Made by a program: the position numbers and the translations under genes. Of a stretch of 64,000 bases of DNA, positions 48,606 to 64,000 are shown piece after piece. Under the pieces are notes generated by a model. The model saw only the letters and a list, made by a program, of their open reading frames with translations, was not told the DNA's origin and ran no database searches. Source of the stretch: Macrostomum lignano (lineage: Eukaryota); contig NIVC01002406.1 of the NCBI GenBank assembly GCA_002269645.1, forward strand, positions 1 to 64,000. Direction: 5' to 3'. Each line of letters opens with the position of its first letter. The first letter of the stretch is position 1.

Positions 48606-49217
48606 AGTTGTAAGGGTTAAGACAAAGCAGCAAAAACAACATATTGGAATGTGGATTTTAATATGAATATATAAGGATTACAGAATTCCAACGAATTTTA
48701 TCAAATTTTATCACTGCTTTAGACAATATAAACTTTTGTCTCAATGATAATTACTAATTAAAAACAGGGTCTTTTTAACACTGCAAATAAAAACATTTAT
48801 CAAACCTTAATTGCAAATTTTCATATCATTGCTTGATAAGTTTGAAAAACGAACATGTTCTCATATATTTTGTAATTAAACTAGAACTTAACAGTTCATT
48901 AATACAGAAAAATATTTTTTGAAGCTCTGGGACACAAGATTGAGCCTTGGACTTTTTAACAATGCAATTGATACATGGAATAACTTCAAAATTTCTAGCT
49001 TTTTGACTAGCTTAATTGCTTTCTTAAATGTTTTATATTCTCTTTAGAGCTTACAATATATTGCATTGCCTAGGGCATAATATAAATTTTTTAACTTGTT
49101 TATGGGTTATTTTTATTTTTATTTAAGCTTTTCTAGGGTCTTAATGGGTTTATCAACTATATTTACACATAAATATAGGTTCCTGTTGAAAACGAGGGTT
49201 AATATTGGAAGTTAATA

Positions 49218-50344
49218 CGAGGGGTGTCCCAAAAGTCGGAGCACTTTCTTCACTACAGCCTTTTCTGACCGATCAAAAATATTAAGTCTGTTGCAGTTGA
49301 AAAGAGAATTATCTGCCCATTAAAATGACTTTCTGTTTATTTCTGTATCTGCTGGGATTCTTGAGATATGAGCACTTTTCTGCCACACCCCTGTGCTACT
49401 TTAACAAATTGCCATAGACCAAAGTTTTGTACCTGATGCACGAAACAACGAAACATTCAACGAATCAACAAAACATCCGCAACATGAAATCTGAGGAAAG
49501 AACAGTCAAAAGTTAATCATCAACATTGTCCTGAGGCTTCTCCACATAGTCAGCACTGTGCTGCACACTTCTGCCATCGGCTGTGCATGTCGTCAATGTC
49601 GTCAATCAGCAAAATCTGAGCGCGGCATCTCATGAAGGAGAACTTGGCGAGTCAATGCTTCCAAGCTCCCACGACAAGCAAAGATTTATCCATGCAGCAG
49701 CAACTCTTCCTCTTTGGAAAGAAGGCAAAGTCAGCTGTTGACAAATCCGGAGAGTAGGGTGACAGTGAGAGCAGCTCAAAATTTGCCTGCTCGATCGTCT
49801 CCTCCGTTTTCTTGGCTGTGTGGGGCATGGGTTGTCATGGCGCAGAAGGTGCGAGAGCCGCGGTACCCAGCTGGCCGAGATCTTTGACAGTTCCAACTCC
49901 GCAGTCATCGTGCGATGGAACAGTGAACTTTGGACTGCCGAGCATGTCCGCAATCTCACGAACTGTCAGTCTGGCATTGGTGTCAAGCAATGCCTGAATT
50001 TGCCCATGCTATTGCTGATGCCATTGACGACATGCACAGCCGATGGCAGAAGTGTGCAGCACAGTGCTGACTATGTGGAGAAGCCTCAGGACAATGTTGA
50101 TGATTAACTTTTGACTGTTCTTTCCTCAGATTTCATGTTGCGGATGTTTTGTTGATTCGTTGAATGTTTCGTTGTTTCGTGCATCAGGTACAAAACTTTG
50201 GTCTATGGCAATTCGTAAAAGTAGCACAGGGGTGGGGCAGAAAAGTGCTCATATCTCAAGAATGCCAGCAGATACAGAAATAAACAGAAAGTCATTTTAA
50301 CGGGCAGATAGTTCTCTTTTCAACTGCAACAGATTTAATATTTG
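49218..50344 (-). mobile_element. Internally deleted mariner remnant with about 320-bp inverted arms
   Basis: TA|CGAGGGGTGTCCCAAAAGT terminus at 49218; arms 49277-49598 and 50022-50344; peptides RLTVREIADMLG, SWVPRL, LLRHDN and IDDMHSRWQKCVQHSADYVEK. Confidence 0.85.
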
Positions 50345-52090
50345 CATAAGCACTTAAATTATTATGCCATCAATGTCCATGAGTTTGCTTTGCTCCTATT
50401 ATGCACACAATGTCAATCATAAGGTAAAATTGGTAATTTATAATATGCATTTATATCATTCATATCACCAAAATGTCAATACAAAAGTGCAGGGCTCTGT
50501 GCATAGAACTACTGAGTACCAAGCATACAGCCCTATATAGAGCCATTGAATGCAGACCAAAGTCCAAAAAGTGCTATATACTGTCAACTATAATTTGCTA
50601 GGCATCCACACTATGGCTGAAGGCAACAATGCCATGTTAGCAGACAACTATGTGATGTCCAACAGCAACAATACTATGCTAGGCCATTTTTCATATTTTT
50701 ATTGGCTATATCTATTGGAAACAGAATAAAAAAAATAAATTATTTTGAATTAGAATTGCAATACATTGGCATTGGCATTAATTGTTGTCTATACCTAAGA
50801 TATAATTATCATATTCGAATGTTATAAATTTAAAACTCATTGAATTAGAACAAAGTAAACAATATTTCAAAAAATGAAAACAATGCTAAACTTCTAACTA
50901 GCTAATTAACAAATATCAACCTTAATTATAATTTAAAATTTGTTTTTGAGATAGAAGTTTTAAGATGCTCTCTTTCTGGTTTTGCTCATCTGGCCCTGTT
51001 TTTGGGAAGCCATCCTACATAGCATGGCTATGAACATAGAGGTCATCTGTAGCAAACTGGAGTAGGTTGCCTATTTGCTGCAATCCATATGCCAAGGGCA
51101 CTGCAACAATGTGCTTTGTCCTCTGACAATATACAGCCTCACAAAGCAAGACTCACCTAGGCCAAGCTGGCTAGCCTAGGCTTTATTGTTTTGGCTTATC
51201 CACCATATTTGCCAGACCTCTTGCCATGTAACTACCATGTGTTCAGATCCATTCAAAGCATTTACAATAGATAATAGTTTGCTAACAAGCAACATGTAGA
51301 GCAGGCAATACAAAAATGGATAGATTCAAAGCCTGTGAACTTTTGAAAAGGGGATTGAAGGCATTGTCAGCAAAATTAAGATAGGAGAAGGTCAAGGCCA
51401 TGAATGGCAACTATATTATATTACCATAAACTGATTGTTCTTAAGACTATTTGTTACAGTTTTCAAATGTTCAAATTCCAAAAACTTTTAGCTTACCTTA
51501 ATAGAACTAAGAAGACTTCTAAGCTTAGTCACTTCTCACTTGGTCAATTGCAAATATTGTTATCTCTATGGCTCTATCTAATAGTCACTTTGTAAACCAG
51601 TTGATAAAATGCCAAATGACAAACTGACTAGCACTAGGGATATCGACCCTAGGGAATGCTCCCTAGGGCCCTAGGGAACTTATTGAGAAATACTCCACAT
51701 GGAGTTGGACTGGGGACCCCAAGGAGAAAAAATGCATTTTTGACTTGATTTTTACCATTTAAATAAAAAAATGATTCATAGAAAGCTGATTGAAACTGTC
51801 TATGCTTTTTTACTATATAACTGCTTATTTCAATATATTATTATATTATTTTATAAATCAAGCAAATTGCACATAGAAACCTGTCAGGAAAAAGAAGCCT
51901 TACTAACTATTATGTTGGTCTGCATTGATGACTTGACACATTTGATGCAAGCACAATGCTAGTCCTATGTCAGTCACTAATACATAGAGGATATCATACA
52001 ATAACAAAATACTCCCTATGTATACAAAATATAACAAAATACTCCCTAAGGACAAAATGGTAATTTACGAGTATCTGCAAGAAATAAAAA

Positions 52091-53822
52091 TCTATACCTA
52101 TAAAAATCAAATCTCTGTCTGTCTGTGTGTCTGTGTACAATTTTGAATGCTATGGACTCCTGAACCACTCAACCAAATGACACCAAACTTTACACCCACC
52201 CTAAACTTACTACGGAGAATGTCTTAGGCTACCTTTTAATTTCCTAGACTCAAGTCTTCCTACCTAAAAGTGCTCAAAAACTGCTCAAAATGCGCGATTT
52301 TTTCACTAAATCCTCCATAGCGCCGCTCCACTTTTACCAATTCTCTTCAAATTTGACACACCCAATCTTCACCTATTTTGACACAATTGTGTAAAATTTC
52401 GAGTCTTAAAGTTAATCCTGAGCGGCGCTGTGCACTTATAAATTTAGGCTTTTTTTCAGCGTGGCAGCCACCCCAACCTCTGCCCGCCTGCCTTGCCTCT
52501 TTTTCCCGATCTGGGCAAAGGGTAAATAGGTTTTAAAATGACTAACTTTCGGCTGCCATAGCTTTGCTCCACGTGAGGCGATTGACTTCAAATTTGACAC
52601 GATTCTTCATTGACTCATTTTCTGTTTAAATGTAAAGTCTCAAGTCTGTATCTTAATCAGGACGGAAACTATAAGCATGTGAAGTTTGTCTGCTTTTTCT
52701 GTTGTTTGTGCCGCTCACTACTCACTCATTCCCCCAGCCCAGACGAAGGGTCAGGCGATAGGGCTCAATGTACATAGCGAATGAACAGTGTTTTGGAATA
52801 ACTTTTTAATAGCCTTCTCTGTACCCCCGCGAGTGGAGAGGCGTAGAGAGGAGAGACAATTTAGCGAGAGATTCAAACCACTGTCCTCTGTATAGACAAG
52901 TCTGCAGCAGTTTAACAGTGGAGGGCAAACCAAGGCGATGTGGGTAGCGGGATGGTTAGTATTTGTAAAAATAGCAAAAAATTAATGAATAACTGATTAC
53001 AATGCAATCCTACTAAATAAGTTACACCATTTAACTTTTAACATTAAGCTTCGCATAAGGTACTTTAAAATTTACAGTGTAAATGGCTCCTAAGAAAAGC
53101 GTATGTCTTGGTTGTTAGACTGCTGCAGACTGTGGTGATGTTCGTGGAGCTGGAGATTCCTCTCAGGGCTACTAATTGGCCAGAAAGATGACATAATTAA
53201 AACATGAGAAATGATAACAACTACGTCCCAAAAACTGGCTTTCGAAGCAGGGATCGGCAGATTTTTACCTCAAAGGCTAGATAAGATAAAGAATCCAGCT
53301 CATGGCTGCGGGTCAGATGAGAATGGAAAGTAGAAGGAATAGACGATTAGAAAGAGGAGGGGCGAGAGGGGATAGAAGGAGATAGAAGAGGGGATAGAAG
53401 GAGATAGAAGAGGGGATAGAAGGAGATAGAGAGGGGATAGAAGGAGGGATAGAAGATAACAGGAGATACGAGGGGGGTGAGGAGAAAGCAGAGAATATGG
53501 GAGGAAAAAGTGAGAGGAGGGGAGAGAGGAGAGAGAGAAAAGAGTAGAGGTGAGAAGAGGGAGAGAGAAGAGGGGAGAAATAAGACGGATGATCAATGAG
53601 AGAGGAGAGTAGAGAAGAGTGAGATGAGAGTAGAGATGAGAGAACAGAGAGGCAGATGAGAGAGGATCGAGAGGAGAGATTCGAAAGGATAGAGAAGAGA
53701 GGAGATAAGAGGGGGAGAAAGGGGGGAGAGAGAGGAGAGAGAGGAGTGAGAAGAGGAGATAAGAGATGAGAGAGAGATGAGTGAGATTGTGAAAAGATGA
53801 GATAAGAGATAAGAGATAAGAG

Positions 53823-53857
<35 letters not shown>

Positions 53858-55214
53858 ACGGCGTGTTTAAAAAATATTTAATATAATATTGGCTACCGGT
53901 TTCGAGCCTCTGGGCTCTTCGTCAGGCCAAAAAATCTGACAGGCCAAAGAAGAGAGGAGAAAGGAGAGATGATAGAGTAAAGGGAAGATGAGGAGAGAGG
54001 AAAGAGATGAGATTGTAGAGATGAGAGAGATGAAAGAAAAGATGATCAAGAGAGTAGAGATGACAGATGAAGGAAGAGAGAGCAGGGTGCAGAAAGACGA
54101 GAGAAGAGAATAGAGGGGAGAGAGTATAGAAGAGGGAAGAGAAGAGAGGAGTAAGGAAAGAGAGGAGTCGGAAGAGGGGAAAGAGAAAAGTACACAGTAG
54201 AGAGGAGAGTAGAGATGACAGAAGAGAAAGGGGAATGAGAGAGCGATGATGAGAGTGAACAGACGATATAAGAGAGGAGAGAGGAGAGTGAGAGAGAAGA
54301 GAGAAGACAAGAGAGGGAGAGAGTATAGAAGAGAGAAGTGAAGAGACGAGAAGAAAGAAGAAAGGATCGAGTCCTCCTAATTCAAAAAGGGGAAAGAGAG
54401 GAGTAAAAGAAGAGAGAGGTGAGAGAACATATGAGAGTAAAGATGACAGATGAGAGAGGGGAGATGAGAGATCAGAAACGAGAGTGAACAGACGAGAGAT
54501 GGGAGAGTAGAAAGAAAAAGAGAGCTATAAGAAATAAGAGATGAGAGGTAGAGACAAGGTAGAGATGAGAAGTGAGTGAGGAGAGAGTTGAGAGAAGAGA
54601 GGAAAAAAGAGAGAGTAGAGATAAGGAAAGTGTTTAGAGAGGGTAGAGTAAGGAGCGAGAAGAGAGGTGAGGGAAGAGAGAGTAGAGAGCAGAAAGAAAT
54701 GAGAAGAGATAAAAGAGGAGAAAGGAGATATGAGAGACCAGAGACCAGAGAGGAAAGAGGGGAGAAGAGAGAAAAGAATAGAGGGGAGAGGGAAGAGACG
54801 AGAGAAGAGACGAGAGAGGAGACAGAAGAGACGAGAGATGAGACGAGAGAGGAGAGAGGACAGAGGAGAGAAGAAAGAAGAGATAAGAGGAGAAAAAGAG
54901 AAGAGACAAGAGAGAAGATAGGAAACAGAAAAGAAGATGGAAGTTTCAAAGGATGCAAAGGACATAGGGAGAGGCAGAGGTAGAGGCCAGAGTTTGCCTG
55001 ACATTCTGCGCAGCACCCCAGCCAACAATATCAATGTTTGCCTAAAATCCTAATTTTAAATGAATGTTATTGAATGTACACTATTTTATGTTAACTCTAT
55101 CCTAACTATTAACAAGTTTTTGTTTGAGTTTGACCTCAATTTTAGAATACATGCAAAAATAATTCCAGGGAATGGAGTTCCCCGGGTTCAAAATCTGGGG
55201 GTTTCAATAGCTTG
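52091..55214 (+). mobile_element. AG-rich Helitron-like element, copy 2
   Basis: A|TCTATACCTATAAAAATC ... CCCGGGTTC..GGTTTCAATAGCTTG|T; homologous blocks to 22474-24011. Confidence 0.8.
53889..53930 (-). ncRNA. Minimal type I hammerhead ribozyme (Penelope-like retroelement type)
   Basis: Minus strand UUGGC-CUGACGA-A-GAGC-CCAGAG-GCUC-GAAAC-CG-GUA-GCCAA: stem I UUGGC/GCCAA, core CUGANGA and GAAA, stem II GAGC/GCUC, palindromic ACCGGU stem III, GUA cleavage triplet. Confidence 0.82.
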
Positions 55215-55845
55215 TTCCAATTATAAAAACAGTCTTGTTCATTAATTATCCTCTTACAAGTGTAGCTGCTGAGCATGCATTTTTCACCTTTGGAGAATGG
55301 ACTCTAACAAAGATATATGCACAATTTGGTGATGCCACATTGTCAAATATAGTTTTAAATAAACATTGTTTAAAGTTTTTACCCTTGTGCCTTGAACATA
55401 TAGTCAAAAGCTTAAATCAAAGTTAAAAAATGCCACTTAAAATCTAAGTTATCTGCTGTTTTTTTACTTATTTTTTCTTTTTCCTGGGGTCCCCAGGGAA
55501 TAACAATAAATTCCCTGGGGTGCCCAATAAAAAAATTCCCTAGGGAATTAATATCCCTAACTAGCACCTATTTAGATAAGCCTAATCTATTAAAAACAAT
55601 TCAATAAAACAGTATTCATCAAATAAATAAATATTTTTTAAATTCAATATGGATCAAGAAGAGAATAAAAAATAAATGATAAAAGAAAAATAGTTGAATT
55701 ACTAATAATCAGTATCCTTTATTATTCTATTGACAAGATAATAAAGAAAAGAGTAACATTCTGACTTAGAATCTAAATGAACTAAAATTATTTGTACAAT
55801 GTACAATTGTTATTATTAGTAATTACTAGTCATTATATATTTATA

Positions 55846-60854
<5,009 letters not shown>

Positions 60855-63800
60855 TGTTGCATACTAGCCTTAAGTATAAAGGCAGAGTTTTATTTATTAT
60901 TATTGCTACGTACGAATAGCCATGTCGAGCCATAGACTCTAATGAAAAGCTATGGCTACAGGTCATGAAGCAATCCAAGTTGATGAGCTTGGGGATAATA
61001 AAATGAGAAAGATCAGAGCTGATCATATTTAAGACGAGCCAGACTCGCATACCATCGCTACAATCATCGTGTGTGGCTTCTTCAAGACATAACAATGGCG
61101 TCGCAAGCACACAATGAGCAAGGACACTAGTACCCACATGTCCCCCATCAAGTCGCCTGCCATGGGAGCTGCCAAGACCGTTACTAAGGAACCTTCCAAG
61201 GTTTCAAAAGTAAAGGCGCCTACCAAGTCACCGGTTAGAGAAAGTCAACAGCTGTTTGGAAACTACCAGCTCAACGATGGATTTCACAACCGTTCAACTA
61301 CTCATATGGCCGACATCGAGAAGTTGGAGGATGGCCAGTTGTTCCAACGTTGGCTTGATCACTTCTTAATCGCGTCTCGATTTTACAGATGGACAAGCGA
61401 AGACATGGCCCAAGTTTTGTTGATGAGGCTATCACCGGCGTTGTATGACAGTCTAGCAGACCATCTGTCACCTGATTTGCCAAGCTCGAAGACGTTTGAT
61501 GAACTGCAAAAAGCACTGAAGGAGATCTTGCAACCACAGACATATGCTTTGGCTGAACACTTCACTTTTCAGAGTCTAAAGCACGAGTTGGCGGAATCTA
61601 TTAGAGCATTTGCAGAGCGCTTGCTAAAAGCATCTGACAAGTGTCTGTTTGCCAACAGAGAAGAGCGACTTCGAGATCAGTTGATTTTCGGCTTAAATGA
61701 CAAGATGATAATAGCCAAGTTGCTAGTTAAGGATCACGAAGAACTCACTTTTAAGACAGCCGTGTCAGAAGCAAAGGCAATTCTAGCGTTGAGAGACGAA
61801 ATTAATGCAGTTGGCTGGGGCAGTTCAGACAGGGCAAGTAATGAATGTCGGAAAACAAGTACCGCAGAAGCCAAAGAGGCTAACCAACAAGAAGTCAAAT
61901 GCTTCCAGCGCTCCTACTCCTAGTAGTATCTGGTGTTCGAGATGCAGTGGCAACCACAAAAATAAATCAGAGTGTCCAGCCATCGGCAAAACCTGTCGCA
62001 AGTGCGGTAAGCCGAACCATTTTGAAAAGCAGTGCAGATCCAAAGTCGGAAGTCAACACCACGTAGCGAAGACTGAAGATGTGCTGACGGCAGATGTCCT
62101 GGCGATTGCGAACACCCTCTCAACCAGAGGAGGATCCTGTCCAACCATTCAGCTGCCGTGCTCCGTCAAGGGTAAAAGCAGGCAGATTCAGTGTCAACTC
62201 GATAGGGGGGCCACTGTATATGTCATGTCGAGCAGCTTGTGGAGAAGTTTGGGTAAGCCGCGGCTGCAACCCAGTGAAGCTGTACTGATTGGCTACACGG
62301 ACGACCATAAGTTCGACCTTCTAGGCCAACTCGAGCTACAAGCTGTCTGGAACGGTGGTCTGATTCAAGTCACGTTCTATGTTGTGGCATCCAACAGAAG
62401 CTTCGCCTTATTGGGGCAAGATATAGTGCACATTGACCTGGAGGCAATATCGATTGGGCACTCACATGTGCTGGATTCCGGATAGGAGATGCCCGAGATC
62501 GACGCTCAGACCAGGTTCAAGGCGCATCTACAGCTCAAGGATGACGCCACACCGAGGTACATGAAAGCACGCTCAGTTCTGTTTGATTTAAAGGACAAGC
62601 TTCGATCAGAACTTGATGAGCTTCTGAGGGACGGAATAATTGAACCCGTGAAGTTCTCTAACTGGGCGTCTCCTATTGTACTCATCCAGAAGTCAGATGG
62701 CGGTATTCGATTGTGCGTAGACTACAAGCAAACAGTAAACCCTCAGCTTGTGAACGACAGTTACCCATCGCCAACCCCAGAGGAGGCTTTTTCAACTGTC
62801 ACCGGTTGTCATTTCTACTCTATTTTGGACCTGAAGAAGGCGTACCATCAAATAGAGCTGGATGAAACATCAAAGGAGTTGACAGTGATGGCCACCCCAT
62901 TCGGGAATTTTCGCTTCAATTGGTTAGTCTTTAGCATCAAAACAGCGCCATCAATTTTCCAGCGGTTTATCTCTGAGGTGATTCTAGGCATCCTGGGGGC
63001 CGTGGCGTATGTCGACGATATCCTGATTGGCGGCCGAACGAAGCAAGAGCTCAATCAATGAGAGTCGGCAGTCAGAAAGCAGCTGGCATGCTACAAGCTC
63101 AAGATCAACGAGTCTAAATGCCAGTTGGTGAAGAACCGCGTCCACTTTCTCGCCTTCATCTTAGAATCTGGCATAATAAAGCCAAGTGAGGAGAAAGTTC
63201 AAGCCATCCGGGAGATGACAGCTCCGAAAAGCATTGCCAAACTGGAATCATTTCTAGGAATGATAAACTTCTCCGGTCGATTCATTAGAAATCTGGCTGA
63301 ACTGATCGAGCCTTTATCAAGGCTGAGGCGGAAGGATAGCGAGTTCGTGTGGACTAATGCAGAAGAATCTGCCTTCCAAAGGATCAAGGTGGCCCTGACT
63401 GAAGAGACCATGCTGGCGACCTATGACCCAAGTAAGCAGCTTGAACTTGAGTGTGATGCTTCACAAGTTGCAATCGGAGCAGTTCTAAGTCAAGAAGGCA
63501 TGCCAATAATATTCGTCAGCAAGGTTCTGTCACCAGCAGAAAAGAAGTATTCGCAGATTGAGCGAGAGGCTCTGGCTATTGTGTGGGCGGTCCGTCGTTG
63601 TCACCGGTTTCTATTCGGACGCGAGTTTTTGCTGGTGACGGATCAAAGGCCACTTACCTTCATCTTTGGCCACGACAGCCAGCTACCAGAGCGTGTGTCG
63701 GCGCGTCTTCAGAGGTAGGCAATCACGCTCTCTGGATACAGTTACACTATCACGTACAGAAGATCAGCCGAGATGAAGTCCGACGCACTATCGAGATTGG

Positions 63801-64000
63801 TTAAGCCGACGAGCACAGCGACCACTTACCATGTCAGACACGCCCCTGTCTGCGAAGGAACTTTGCTGAGTCTACAGGAGTTAAGGTGTCACAGCCGAAA
63901 GTGTCAAGAACTAACGAAACTAGTTGACGCTATCCAGACAGGACGTTTCCATACAGATGAGGTCAGAGCATACAAACCTTTAGCTAGTGAACTTTCTACC
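60855..64000 (+). mobile_element. Gypsy-3: degenerate Ty3/Gypsy (Mag-like) element, 5' LTR plus gag-pol, running off the right edge
   Basis: 240-bp LTR 60855-61094 (TGTT..AACA), PBS 61096-61109; gag from 61114 (RLRDQLIFGL), knuckle CRKCGKPNHFEKQC, protease LDRGAT (mutated), RT AYVDDILI, RNase H CDASQVAIGA..YSQIEREALA; frameshift near 61900, stops at 63059 and 63716. Confidence 0.92.

Larger units (their letters stand above)
51635..55559 (+). mobile_element. hAT-derived element (about 800 bp when empty) hosting Helitron copy 2
   Basis: TIR-like TAGGGATAT..CCCTAGGGAA at both ends, perfect 8-bp TSD ACTAGCAC (51627-51634, 55560-55567); hAT dimerisation remnant PLTSVAAEHAFFTFG..LTK..FGDATLSNIVL near 55250-55360. 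Confidence 0.88.

Overview
Animal (metazoan) genomic DNA, not prokaryotic; the 150-bp satellite and gene layout suggest the flatworm Macrostomum lignano (inference only). Positions 1-5550 are a near-perfect 150-bp tandem array with a degenerate edge. Four spliced host genes all lie on the minus strand and were reconstructed exon by exon with consistent phases: SLC7A14-like cationic amino-acid transporter (48605-45317), hexosaminidase D (40785-37954), DIPK2A/C3orf58 (37445-26378) and mitochondrial inner-membrane peptidase IMP1 (22375-7129). The rest is densely nested mobile DNA: three Ty3/Gypsy LTR elements, a split Crypton tyrosine recombinase, Merlin, P/THAP, hAT and mariner remnants, two non-autonomous Helitron families, SINEs and a Penelope-type hammerhead ribozyme. 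The most interesting observations: (1) IMP1 has no visible genomic start codon but is in frame, and of the expected length, if a flatworm spliced leader supplies the AUG, within a possible trans-spliced operon; (2) an inverted copy of a retrotransposon's own U5+18-nt PBS sits inside its pol gene, flanked by a 57-bp duplication; (3) a complete minimal hammerhead at 53889-53930; (4) a Helitron family with conserved flanks but interchangeable internal satellite cassettes. All family assignments are by visual motif recognition; no searches were run.
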